The notes: a model not told the origin generated them from the sequence alone. 64,000 nucleotides of DNA from Spirochaetia bacterium (GCA_965208575.1 CBDBOV010000004.1:1-64000), one strand, 5' to 3'. Positions 50,935 through 60,733 are shown, counted from the stretch's first letter. Made by a program: numbers and translations.

Positions 50935-52019
50935 GCAACACGCACCCGCCGTTGCGGCGCGATGACGGCGACAAGCCGCGCATCCTGTTCGCGCCGGCCC
51001 GCGAGCACACCCAGAAGGTGTTCGCCCCGGAGGTGATGGCGCGCCTGGAGGCACGCTTCGACGTGGACCGCAACCACCGCGACACCGACCTCTCCGAGTC
51101 CGAGTTGCGGGAGCGCATCGCCGGCTGCGACGGCCTCGTGACCGGTTGGGGCGCGAGCGACCCGCGGGTGTTGCGGCCGCGCGGCGCCATGGCGCTGACG
51201 CCGGCGATCATGGAGGCGGCGGAGCGGCTCCGGATCATCGCGCATGCGGCAGGGTCGGTGCGGCAGATGCTCGGCGAGGTGTGGCGGGATTACATCGCAG
51301 CGCGCGGCATCTGTGTGTTCACCGCCACCGTAGAGATCGGCTACAACGTGGCGGAAACGGCGGTCGGACTGATGATCATGAGCGCCAAGCGCCTCATGGA
51401 GTACGCCCTGCACGTGCGCGACACCGGCGGTTGGCGCAGCCCCGGCATCCCGGTGGATGAGCAGCACCTGTTCGGCGCCACCGTGGGCATCGTGGGCGCC
51501 AGCGACGTCGGCCGTCAGGTGATGCGCCTGCTGCGCCCGTTTGACGTGCACCTCCTGTTGTTCGATCCCTACGTCGACGCGCAGGAGGCGGGTGCGCTGC
51601 ACGCCGATAAGGTGGAGCTGGACGAGCTGTTCACCCGCGCCGACATCGTGTCGCTGCACGCGCCGAGCATCCCGGAGACCCGGCACATGGTGGGCGCGGC
51701 GCAGTTGCGGCGGCTGCGTGACGGCGCGCTGCTGGTCAACACCGCGCGCGGCAGCCTGATCGACCAGGAGGCCCTGATCCGGGAGGCGGGCAGCGGGCGC
51801 ATCCGGGTGGCCTTGGACGTGACCACCCCGGAGCCGCTGCCGGCCGACAGCCCGCTACGGGCGATGCCGGGCGTCATCATCACCCCGCACCTCGCCGGCC
51901 AGGGCCGCTACGGCCACACCCGCATCGGCCACGCCACCGCGCATGCACTGGAGGATTTCTTCGCCGGGCGGCCGGTGAAAGGAGCCATCACCCACGCCCG
52001 CTGGGAGCGCCTCGCATGA
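50931..52019 (+). CDS. D-isomer-specific 2-hydroxyacid dehydrogenase
   Basis: GIVGASDVG, SLHAP, NTARG, LDV..PEP, TPHLAG. Confidence 0.9.
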   Translation: MSNTHPPLRRDDGDKPRILFAPAREHTQKVFAPEVMARLEARFDVDRNHRDTDLSESELRERIAGCDGLVTGWGASDPRVLRPRGAMALTPAIMEAAERLRIIAHAAGSVRQMLGEVWRDYIAARGICVFTATVEIGYNVAETAVGLMIMSAKRLMEYALHVRDTGGWRSPGIPVDEQHLFGATVGIVGASDVGRQVMRLLRPFDVHLLLFDPYVDAQEAGALHADKVELDELFTRADIVSLHAPSIPETRHMVGAAQLRRLRDGALLVNTARGSLIDQEALIREAGSGRIRVALDVTTPEPLPADSPLRAMPGVIITPHLAGQGRYGHTRIGHATAHALEDFFAGRPVKGAITHARWERLA

Positions 52020-52163
52020 CCCGTGCAGTCCGCTTCGCGACTTCGGACCCCGCTGCAAGCGCGCCGGATGGCGACTCGCGACGCGGAGTGGGCACAACCG
52101 GCGACGCCGCCGGTGCGTTCGCTCCATTGCAGCGCTCCCGGCGGTCACCGACCGCTTCGACCC

Positions 52164-53036
52164 GTGGGGCTGACTGACCAGATCGTCGCCGCCACCGGGC
52201 TGGCGCTCGAGCGGTTCCCGCACCTGCTGTTCGGGTTCCTGTTCGGCTCGGCGGCGGCCGGTAGGCTGCGCAGCGACTCCGACCTGGACGTGGCAGTGTA
52301 CCAGGCGTCCGGCGGCTACCTGGAGATCGAGGCGGCACGCGAACTCGAACGGGAAGCTGACGTCCAGGTCGCGCTCGAACGTGCGACCGTGCGCAACGTC
52401 GACCTGCTGCTCCTGAATTGCGCGCCGGCCTCCGTGTGCGCCGCGGCGCTGCTCTCCGGACGGCCGCTCCTGGTGCGCGACCGGGCGTTCTACACCCGCT
52501 ACTTTCTCGCCGTCACCGCGGTGGCGAGCGACTTCCTGGAGACCGAGCGCGAATACCGCGCCATCCGCAACCGCAGCCGCTCGCTGTCGGCAATCGACCG
52601 CAGCCGGCTGGAACGCATCCTTGACTTCATCGGCACCGGACTGCAGGACCGCGATCGGTTTCGCAACGTCACCCTGGACCGCTACCAGGGCGACCGCGAC
52701 CTGCGGCGCAATCTCGACCGCTGGGTGGAGATGCTGATCAACGCCGCCATCGACACCGGCAAGATAGTGCTCGCCTCGGAACGGCGAGACGTCCCCTACA
52801 CCTACGGCCAGATCCCCGCCGAACTGGAAGCCGTGGAACGGTTCTCGGATCTGGCCGGCCGCCTCCGCCCGTTGGCGGCGCTGCGCAACGTGTTCGCCCA
52901 CGAGTACCTGGAACTGAGCTTCGGGCGCGTGCAACGCTTCGTCGCTTCCGGAGCGGACGCGGTCGATCAGCTCGCCCGCCTCGCCCGCCTGTGGCTGCGT
53001 GACCTGGACCGGCCCGATACTGACGACTCCGACTGA
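52164..53036 (+). CDS. fused MNT nucleotidyltransferase + HEPN (DUF86) RNase
   Basis: GS-X10-DLD and RNVFAHEY in one frame; GTG 52164 assumed start. Confidence 0.85.
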   Translation: MGLTDQIVAATGLALERFPHLLFGFLFGSAAAGRLRSDSDLDVAVYQASGGYLEIEAARELEREADVQVALERATVRNVDLLLLNCAPASVCAAALLSGRPLLVRDRAFYTRYFLAVTAVASDFLETEREYRAIRNRSRSLSAIDRSRLERILDFIGTGLQDRDRFRNVTLDRYQGDRDLRRNLDRWVEMLINAAIDTGKIVLASERRDVPYTYGQIPAELEAVERFSDLAGRLRPLAALRNVFAHEYLELSFGRVQRFVASGADAVDQLARLARLWLRDLDRPDTDDSD

Positions 53037-53166
53037 TCCGCGTGAGTGCGCCTCGGTAGGCGACGGCGAAAGATGATCGGGGCCATAATGAAGGCCGCCG
53101 GTTGTCGCGCGGAGGTCGCCGCCTATCCGGGCATCAGGCGGGTTACCCGTCTACAACTAGAGCGGT

Positions 53167-53336
53167 GCGTTCAGCTGCAAAGGGTTCTACCTCTGGCCGT
53201 CGGGTAGCCAGAAACGATCGCTTCCATTTGCCGAGCATCTCACTGAGGAGGTGCTTCTGAACTTGCCGCATCGCCAGTTTGTGTTCGCCCTGCCGAAGGC
53301 GTTGCGCATCTTCTTCCGCCACGACCGCCGGCTCAC
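53167..53336 (+). mobile_element. degenerate IS91-family transposase fragment (Zn-binding region)
   Basis: FSCKGFYLWPSGSQKR...PHRQFVFALPKALR; CPSC motif decayed. Confidence 0.7.
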
Positions 53337-53496
53337 AACCTCAAGTAAGTGCGTGGATTCGCCTCGGCTGGCCCGGGCGCGAAATCGTGCAGCAGGCTGC
53401 TGCACAGTCCCGTGGTTCCACAACTGCGTTTCGTCGATAGGGTGTCGGATCGTCGAACCCGGATAGGTATTGCGACGGGAGCCTACATTGGCGCAC

Positions 53497-53706
53497 TCAG
53501 GCGAAGATTAGCCGCCCCTTCGGCTGCGGGATCTCTCTGCCGAGCTCCTTGGCGGTGTCGATCCACTCGCGGATGACCACTTGTACGTTGTCCAGAGCTT
53601 CCTGATAGGTACTGCCGTCGGCGGCACAGCCCGGCAGTTCAGGGACTTCGGCGATAAACGCTTCATCTTCCCCGCTCCAATAGATGATGATCTCATACTT
53701 GACCAA
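53497..53706 (-). CDS. hicB: HicB family antitoxin (short)
   Basis: EVPELPGCAADG.TYQEAL, GREIPQPKG. Confidence 0.88.
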   Translation of the reverse strand: MVKYEIIIYWSGEDEAFIAEVPELPGCAADGSTYQEALDNVQVVIREWIDTAKELGREIPQPKGRLIFA

Positions 53707-53956
53707 GTTTATCTCCCAAACGGTACTTCAGGATGACGGCGCGAACTTGCTTGACCTGGTACGTCTTCGCCTTCCCTGACCTCGGCTGCAGGTTCAGAAT
53801 CTCCTCGACTCCATCACGGGTGAAGATGTGATGATCGCCTCGGACACGACACGAGAAGCCGAGTCCCTCCAGTAGCCGGCACAGCTCCCGAAACGGAATA
53901 TTGGCATCGGACTGTCCCCGAAGTACTCGGGCGAGCAGCCGCTCGGTGCGTGCCAC
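53693..53956 (-). CDS. hicA: HicA family toxin
   Basis: LLEGLGF..RVRGDHHIF, KAKTYQVKQVR; overlaps hicB. Confidence 0.88.
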   Translation of the reverse strand: MARTERLLARVLRGQSDANIPFRELCRLLEGLGFSCRVRGDHHIFTRDGVEEILNLQPRSGKAKTYQVKQVRAVILKYRLGDKLGQV

Positions 53957-54054
53957 TGATCAGTATTGTTGTCGATGTGCCGGTCGTTGTCACTACCCTC
54001 AGATCAGATTGGCAGGCCGGCGACGCCGGGGACCCTTACCGGTAACATGGCGGT

Positions 54055-54951
54055 ATGAGTAACGACATCGCGCCGCCCGCCGTCGACTACGACCGGAAGG
54101 GGCGGGAACTGATCGAAGAGGGGTTCTGTGTGCTCGAGGGCATGCTCGACGCCGGCACCCTGCGGCATACCCGCGATGTCGCCATGGGGGCGGTCAGCGG
54201 GCTCTCGGAAGAGCAGTTGGAGGCTACGCGGTCGCCGGGGACGCTGATCAACTCGAATGACCATCCGGGGCTGGCGGAGTGTGTCGGCAACCCGAGGGCG
54301 CTGGCGGCGCTGGCGGCGATGGGGTTCGGCGGCAGCAGGTTCTGGAAGGCGGTGATCATCAGCAAGCCGGGGCCGAGCCCGCGGTTGTATTGGCACCAGG
54401 ACTGCATGTGGTGGGACGACCCGCGCGCCTACAGCGACTACTCGCCGATGATCTTCCTGATGTACTACCTGGACGACACCTCGCGCGAGAACGGCTGCCT
54501 GCGGCTGCTGCCGGGCACCCACCGCCGGTGGCACCAGCTCCACGACATGGGGACGGCGCACACCAGGGACATCAACCGGATGGACGACGAGCACGACCCG
54601 CGCTTCGCCGACTACCCGGGCGAGGTGGACGTGCCGGTGCAGGCGGGAGACCTGGTGGTGGGGGACGCCCGGATGTTCCACGCTACCCACGCCAACACCA
54701 CCGGCGAGTACCGGACGGTGATCACGATCTGGTTCCACCCGCTGTTCGAAGGCCTGCAGGAACCGACGCAGAGCTGGATCCACCACGCCTTCCACCACCA
54801 GCACGCCGGGTGGCCGCGGGAGGCGCTCGACCAGATCCGCCCGGTGATCCCGGACTACCGGGGAACAGTCGAGCCGCCCGACTTCAACCGCCAGCCCGAC
54901 CGCGCCAAGCTGGACCAAGCCGCAAGCCGGGCCCGGTTGCAGATGCGTTGA
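54055..54951 (+). CDS. PhyH-family Fe(II)/2-oxoglutarate dioxygenase
   Basis: WHQD, NGCLRLLPGTH, FHA..N...R triad. Confidence 0.9.
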   Translation: MSNDIAPPAVDYDRKGRELIEEGFCVLEGMLDAGTLRHTRDVAMGAVSGLSEEQLEATRSPGTLINSNDHPGLAECVGNPRALAALAAMGFGGSRFWKAVIISKPGPSPRLYWHQDCMWWDDPRAYSDYSPMIFLMYYLDDTSRENGCLRLLPGTHRRWHQLHDMGTAHTRDINRMDDEHDPRFADYPGEVDVPVQAGDLVVGDARMFHATHANTTGEYRTVITIWFHPLFEGLQEPTQSWIHHAFHHQHAGWPREALDQIRPVIPDYRGTVEPPDFNRQPDRAKLDQAASRARLQMR

Positions 54952-54985
54952 GGCGACGGCGTTCCGCGCGACGCATGCGGCTGCC

Positions 54986-56533
54986 TCAGGCGTCGGCGGT
55001 CTCGAAGGCGGTGATGTTGCGGGTGGCGCGGCTGAACTCGACGCCAACCAGGTGGATGGGGGCGCCGGTGGCGCGGTACTTGTCGGCGTAGCGGCGCTGC
55101 CGCAGTTGGGCGAGGGCGGAGCCGGGCGGCGCCATCTCGGCCACCTTGAACTCGAACAGGTATACGTGGCCGGCGGCGCGCACCGCCATGTCCAGGCGCC
55201 CGTGGCTGCTCGATTCCTCCACCGAGATGTCGTAGCCGAGGGCGGCGAAGTAGGAGTAGCACACGCTGGCATAGAAGCCCTCGTAATCCGCAATGTGGTT
55301 GTTCGTGTACCATTGGTAGGGAATGCTGGCGAAGAAGGCGTGGAACAGCTCCTTCATGCCGGCGCAGTCGTGCGCCTCCAGAAGCGCGGCCAGACGGATG
55401 CTGTTGGCGGTCTGCCGGTCTGAATCCTGGACCAGGTGGCGCAGCAGATGCTCATTCAGGCTTTGCCGCACCTCGCGGTTGGGATAACCGAGGCGGTACA
55501 GCGCCTTGCCGCCCAGTTCCTGTTCTTCCGTGATGGTCAGGTAGCCGGTCTGGAACAGTAATGCTTCCGTCCCGATCTTGTTCACGTCGAACGCCGACAG
55601 CAGATCCTCCGTACCCAGCATTCCGTCGAGTGACACTGACGAGACGCAACGTTCGAACAGCTTGTCCACCAGGAACGCCGGTGTACCAGTCTCGAACCAG
55701 TGAGCGGCGAACTTGCGGCGGCGCAAGAACAACAGCACGTCATAGGGGTTGTACACCTTCTCCGTGCCCAGCCAGCTATAGCCGTTGTACCATTCACGCA
55801 CCCGCTCCCGGTCCAGCCCGCCGAGTTCGGGCGCAAATACCGAATCCAGGTCTTCCTCCGTATACCCGCAGATCGACGAGTACTCGGGATCCAGGGTGAT
55901 GTCGGTCAGGTTGTTCAACTGCGAGAACAGATTGACCTTGGAGAACTTGCTGATGCCGGTCAGGAACGTGAACCGTACGTGTGCGTCGTTGTCCTTGATC
56001 ACGCCATACAGGCCGCGCAGGTAGTCGCGGTTGGCGCGCGCCGGCTCCGGCTGCTCCAACATGTCCAGGATTGGCTTGTCATACTCGTCCACCAGCACCA
56101 CGACCCGCTGGCCGGTCTGCCGGTGCAGTGCGTCCAGCAGATATGCGAAGCGGCCGGCGGCGGTCAGATAGTCGGATACCACTCCCAAGCGCCGTTCGGC
56201 GGCGGCGAGTTGCTCCATGACGTTCGCTTCCAGCGCGTCCGGCCCGGTGAAGCTGCCGCCGCCGAAGCTCAGGCGCACCACCGGATGGCGCTCGGACCAG
56301 TCGTGGCGGCCGTGGATGTGCAGCCCGACGAACAGTTCCTCGCTGCCTTCGAACAGCTCCTTCAGCGTGTCCAGGAACAGGCTCTTGCCGAACCGGCGGG
56401 GGCGAGACAGGAAGTAGTGCGCGCCTTCGTCGAGCAGACGTTGGAGGTAAGGGGTCTTGTCGACGTAGTAGCAGTTCTGTTCCCGCAGCGTGCGGAACGT
56501 CTGCATGCCGATAGGCAGTCTGCGCTTTGCCAC
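54986..56533 (-). CDS. AAA-ATPase-like protein with C-terminal PD-(D/E)XK nuclease
   Basis: LPIG.QTF, YVDKT, RPRRFGKSL, VDEYDKP, GRLDM..FEFK, Q...RRY. Confidence 0.88.
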   Translation of the reverse strand: MAKRRLPIGMQTFRTLREQNCYYVDKTPYLQRLLDEGAHYFLSRPRRFGKSLFLDTLKELFEGSEELFVGLHIHGRHDWSERHPVVRLSFGGGSFTGPDALEANVMEQLAAAERRLGVVSDYLTAAGRFAYLLDALHRQTGQRVVVLVDEYDKPILDMLEQPEPARANRDYLRGLYGVIKDNDAHVRFTFLTGISKFSKVNLFSQLNNLTDITLDPEYSSICGYTEEDLDSVFAPELGGLDRERVREWYNGYSWLGTEKVYNPYDVLLFLRRRKFAAHWFETGTPAFLVDKLFERCVSSVSLDGMLGTEDLLSAFDVNKIGTEALLFQTGYLTITEEQELGGKALYRLGYPNREVRQSLNEHLLRHLVQDSDRQTANSIRLAALLEAHDCAGMKELFHAFFASIPYQWYTNNHIADYEGFYASVCYSYFAALGYDISVEESSSHGRLDMAVRAAGHVYLFEFKVAEMAPPGSALAQLRQRRYADKYRATGAPIHLVGVEFSRATRNITAFETADA

Positions 56534-56578
56534 CCGCCCATCTTACCGCGCGCGGCGCCGGCGCAACACCGGGCAAGG

Positions 56579-56612
56579 ATGGGGGATGTATGGGGGATGT
56601 ATGGGGGATGGG
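56579..56612 (+). repeat. ATGGGGGATGT x~3; G-quadruplex-type motif
   Basis: G5-ATGTAT-G5-ATGTAT-G5-AT-G3. Confidence 0.85.
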
Positions 56613-56757
56613 TGTGGACGGCGAGTCCAGCGGGTCCGCCGACGGTCACGGTGGTCCGGTCCGCGGTCCGTGGGGTCCGTGGCGCGGAGCCTTGACCGGC
56701 GCTCCGATCATTGGTACAGCTTGCATCTACACGCATGACAACAGGAGGAATGCACAC

Positions 56758-58089
56758 GTGAAGAAAACAGCTTTGATGCTGCTCGTGCTCACCATGGTGG
56801 CGGGCATGGTGTTTGCCGCCGCCGAGTCGGAGGGCGCCGCGGATGGTCCGGTGACCGTCGAGGTCTGGCTCGATTCCAACAGCGGCGATGTCCGGCAGGA
56901 GCGCTGGGAGACCATGGTATTGAACCCCTATACCGAGGCCAATCCCAACGTCCTGTTCGAAATTGCGCTGATTGCCAACCTTTACGATGCCACCCGCACC
57001 GCCCTCGCCAGCGGCGCCGGCCCCGACCTCGTTATGACCTATGGCCCGTTCGCCCTGGAGCTGGGCCGCAACAAGCTGCTGGTGCCGCTGGACGGGTACG
57101 TTGAGCGATTCGGCTGGGACGACCACTTCGCCCCCTGGTCGCTGGCCTCGTTCGACGTGGACGGCGTGCCGGTGGCGGTGCCGGACGAGATCGAGACGCT
57201 GGTGCTGTACTACAACGAGACGCTGTTCGAGCAGCACGGCTGGCCGGTGCCCGATACCCTCGACGAGCTGTTCGCGGTGGCCGAGCAGGTCGAGGCCGCC
57301 GGGATCGTTCCCTTCGGGCATGCCAACGAGTGCTGGCGGGGGACCAACGAGTGGTTCATCGGCGAGTTTCTGAACGGCTGGGCCGGGCCCGACAACGTCT
57401 ATGAGGCGATCGTCGGCAACATGAGCTTCGCCGAGCCCGTGTTCGTGGAGTCGATGCAACTGCTCGCCGACATGCAGCAGAACGGCTGGTTCTCCGGCGG
57501 CCTGGACCGCTACTACACCGTGCCGTGCGCCACCGCCGGCGCCATGTTCGGCAGCGGCGAGGCCGCGATGCGCATCTCCGGAACCTGGTCCATCGGCCGC
57601 TTCCCCACGGAGTTCGGCGCAGAGGCGGGCAACGACAACGACTGGAACTGGACGGCTATGCCCACCAGGACCGGCGTCGACATCTTCAACGTCGGCATCG
57701 GCAACGCCTTCGGCATCAGCGCACACAGCGACACCCCCGACGCGGTCGCCGAGCTGCTCGACTACTACTACTCCTCGGAGGTACAGGGCCGGCTGTTCGT
57801 CAATCACGGCAAGGCGCCGGCGCCGGTGAAGGTGGACCCCAACGACCTGCAGGGTGCGGATCCGCGCTACATCGACATTCTGGCGGCCATGAACGAGGCC
57901 TTTGCCGCCGACAACTACGGCTACACCACCTGGGTGTTCTGGGGTCCCAAGACCAACCAGTACATGATCGAAGAGGTGGAACGGCTGTGGGCCGGCGATA
58001 TCACGGCGCAGGAGTACATGGAGGGCTGGCAGAAGCTGCACGTCGAGGAGATGGCGGAGGGCATGGTTCCGCCGGCTCCCGCCCGCTAG
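56758..58089 (+). CDS. sugar ABC substrate-binding protein (family 1)
   Basis: signal peptide, GAGPDL, LYYNETLF, GEAAM..SGTW; AGGAGG RBS. Confidence 0.9.
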   Translation: MKKTALMLLVLTMVAGMVFAAAESEGAADGPVTVEVWLDSNSGDVRQERWETMVLNPYTEANPNVLFEIALIANLYDATRTALASGAGPDLVMTYGPFALELGRNKLLVPLDGYVERFGWDDHFAPWSLASFDVDGVPVAVPDEIETLVLYYNETLFEQHGWPVPDTLDELFAVAEQVEAAGIVPFGHANECWRGTNEWFIGEFLNGWAGPDNVYEAIVGNMSFAEPVFVESMQLLADMQQNGWFSGGLDRYYTVPCATAGAMFGSGEAAMRISGTWSIGRFPTEFGAEAGNDNDWNWTAMPTRTGVDIFNVGIGNAFGISAHSDTPDAVAELLDYYYSSEVQGRLFVNHGKAPAPVKVDPNDLQGADPRYIDILAAMNEAFAADNYGYTTWVFWGPKTNQYMIEEVERLWAGDITAQEYMEGWQKLHVEEMAEGMVPPAPAR

Positions 58090-58190
58090 CCGCAAGGCTG
58101 CTGAGCTGACCCCGGCTGCATGAGCTCGCTGCCGGCGAGCTCCCCAACCTGGACAAGACCTCTGCGGCGGCCCCGCGCGGGCCGCCGCGG
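58089..58190 (+). promoter_or_regulatory. stem-loops between binding-protein and permease genes
   Basis: GAGCTCGC..GCGAGCTC and GCGGCGGCCC..GGGCCGCCGC; typical mRNA-stabilising spacer. Confidence 0.5.
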
Positions 58191-58214
58191 ACGGCCTCCC
58201 ATGCCACCAAGACA

Positions 58215-59087
58215 ATGACCATGAGCAGGACACGCCTGATCGCCTGGGCGTTCATCGTCCCGATCCTGCTGCTGCACTTCGTCGTCAAGATCAGCCCGTC
58301 GGTGAGCGCCGTCTACTACTCGATGACCGAGTGGTCGGGCATCGGGGCGGCGGAGTTCATCGGGCTGGAGAACTTCCGCAAGCTCCTGTTCGAGGACCGC
58401 GCCTTCTGGCAGGCGTTCTGGCACAACTGGCTGTGGCTCTCCTTTTCGGTGTTCACCTTTGCCATGGCGCTGCTGGCGGCGACGCTGCTGGGGTTCATCA
58501 GCAAGGCCAGCCTCACGTTCCGCACGCTGTTGTTTATCCCCTACATCCTGCCGAGCGTGGTGGTGGCGGGAATCTGGCGCAACCTGCTCAATCCCGACCT
58601 CGGCATCGGTGCGCAGCTTGCCGCCATCGGCATCCCCGGCCTCGACATCGCCTTCCTCGGCATCCCGGAGACGTCGCTGGCCGCGGTGTTCTTCATCGAC
58701 AACTGGCGCTGGTGGGTGTTCATCATGCTGCTGCTGCTGGCGGCGCTGCAGAACATCTCCATCGAGCTGTACGAGTCGGCGCGGGTGGACGGCGCGAGCG
58801 CCTGGCAGGAGTTCTGGCACATCAGCCTGCCGGGCATCCGGCCCACGCTCATGTTCCTGATCCTGATGGTCAGCATCTGGACCTTCATGGTATTCGACTT
58901 CGTCTGGCTGCTGACCCGCGGCGGGCCGGCCGGGTCGTCGGAGGTGCTCAACACGCTGGTGATGAAGCACGCGTTCCTGCGCTTCGACGCCGGCTACGCC
59001 ACCGCCATCGGCCTGCTGCTGAGCCTGATCTCGTCGGTGTTCATCGTGATGTTCGTGATTCTGCGGCGCAGGGGGTGGGAGATATGA
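58215..59087 (+). CDS. carbohydrate ABC permease (UgpA/MalF-like)
   Basis: FIGLENF, ELYESARVDGA EAA loop. Confidence 0.9.
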   Translation: MTMSRTRLIAWAFIVPILLLHFVVKISPSVSAVYYSMTEWSGIGAAEFIGLENFRKLLFEDRAFWQAFWHNWLWLSFSVFTFAMALLAATLLGFISKASLTFRTLLFIPYILPSVVVAGIWRNLLNPDLGIGAQLAAIGIPGLDIAFLGIPETSLAAVFFIDNWRWWVFIMLLLLAALQNISIELYESARVDGASAWQEFWHISLPGIRPTLMFLILMVSIWTFMVFDFVWLLTRGGPAGSSEVLNTLVMKHAFLRFDAGYATAIGLLLSLISSVFIVMFVILRRRGWEI

Positions 59088-59920
59088 ACCGCAATCTGCG
59101 TGGCCGCACCTGGTTCAGCTACGCGGTGCTGTCGCTGCTGCTGGTGTTCGCGCTGTATCCGATCCTGGTGCTGGTGTTCAACTCGGTGAAGACGGCGGCC
59201 GACATGGCGCTCAACCCGCTCGGATTCCCGCGCAGCATCAACCTCGACAACTTCGTGCAGGCGTGGGTCCGGGGCAGCTTTGCGCGCACCGTCCCCAACA
59301 CCCTGCTGCTGGTGGTGGGCAGCGTGGCCGGCATCCTGGTACTGGGCGGACCGGCCGCCTACAGCATGTCCAAGCTGGACCTGTCGCGCGGCGCGGTGAA
59401 CGCCCTCATCGTCTACCTGCTGGTGCTGCAGAGCCTGCCGATCCAGCTCTTCCTGGTGCCGCTGTTCTCGTTCTGGCTGCGGCTCGGCCTGGTGAACACT
59501 CACTTGGGCGTGATCCTGATCTACATCGCGCTGGGGTCGCCGTTCTCGATGTTCCTGATGCGCTCCTACTTCCTGCAGATTCCCGACGACTTCCGCGACG
59601 CCGCCCGCGTGGAGGGGGCCGGCGAGCTGGGCATCTTCTGGCGCATCATGGTGCCGCTGACCTGGCCCGCGTTCCTGACCGTGGCGCTGGTCAACTCCAT
59701 GAACATCTGGAACGAGTTCCTGATCGCCACGGTGTTCCTGACCAAGACCGAGAAGTTCACCGTGGTCACCAGCTACCAGGCGTTCACGGTGCGCTTCGGT
59801 CGCGACTGGACTCTGACCAGTGCCGCGTCGCTGATGATGATCTTTCCCATCGTGGCGATGTTCCTGGCCCTGCAGCGGCGCTTCGTGCAGGGACTGACGC
59901 AGGGCGGACTGAAGAGCTGA
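59084..59920 (+). CDS. carbohydrate ABC permease (UgpE/MalG-like)
   Basis: DAARVEGA, WNEF, QRRFVQGLTQG. Confidence 0.9.
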   Translation: MNRNLRGRTWFSYAVLSLLLVFALYPILVLVFNSVKTAADMALNPLGFPRSINLDNFVQAWVRGSFARTVPNTLLLVVGSVAGILVLGGPAAYSMSKLDLSRGAVNALIVYLLVLQSLPIQLFLVPLFSFWLRLGLVNTHLGVILIYIALGSPFSMFLMRSYFLQIPDDFRDAARVEGAGELGIFWRIMVPLTWPAFLTVALVNSMNIWNEFLIATVFLTKTEKFTVVTSYQAFTVRFGRDWTLTSAASLMMIFPIVAMFLALQRRFVQGLTQGGLKS

Positions 59921-59944
59921 CCGCGAGCGCCGTAGCCGGGCAGA

Positions 59945-60733
59945 CGCGAGGAGATCAACGATCTCATATTCCTGGGGCTGGCGACGCCGCGGCAGGCGAC
60001 CATCAGCAGCAACGCCACCTTTTACCAGGCGCGCTGGGGCGAAGAAAATCCGTGGATCGCATACGACCCGGATGAGGCGAATCGCATGCTCGACGCGCTT
60101 GGCCTCGAGGAGCGCCACCGGGACGATGTCCGGCTGTTGAACGGCGAACCACTGACCCTCACCCTGGTGTTCTTCTCGGGCCCCGCGAACGTCGGCCTGG
60201 ACCTCACCGCCGAGTTGGTCAAGGAGTACTGGGAGGATGTCGGCATCGGCATCCAGCTCAACCAGATGGAGCGTGCGGCTATCGACGAGGCGCAGGATGC
60301 CGGCCTGGTCGATGTCTACGGCGAGGTGACCCACGGCGCCGAGGTATACGACTTCCTGTCCACCATCGGCGGCACGGTGAATGCCGGCCGGGAGGGCGCA
60401 ACGCGTTACTGGAACCACTGGACCGCGGTACGGAACGGTGCCGATCCGAGCGAAGCGCCGGGCGAGAAGCCGCCGGAACTGCTGCAGATGCTGTACGACA
60501 CGGCGCTCACCGAGAGCCAGTCGACGGTGTTCGGCAGCGACGAATACCATGAAGTGCGCACCCGCGTGTACGAAATGCACTATGACAACCTGTTCACCAT
60601 TGGCACGGTCGGCCTGGCTCCACAGCCGATCATCTACCGGGCGAACCTCGGCAATATCGCACGCGGACTGCCGCCCTGGGCGGAAGGATCGCTCACCTTC
60701 AATTACTACTCGAACATGTGGTACTTCAAGTAG
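59945..60733 (+). pseudogene. 5'-truncated family 5 ABC substrate-binding protein
   Basis: frame reads REEINDLIFLG..YDPDEANRMLD, matching the C-terminal part of 42376-44415; in-frame TAG at 59933, no signal peptide. Confidence 0.8.

Noticed and set aside
48910-54985. Integron cassette array
   Set aside because: No convincing RYYYAAC...GTTRRRY attC pairs, mixed orientations, no intI.
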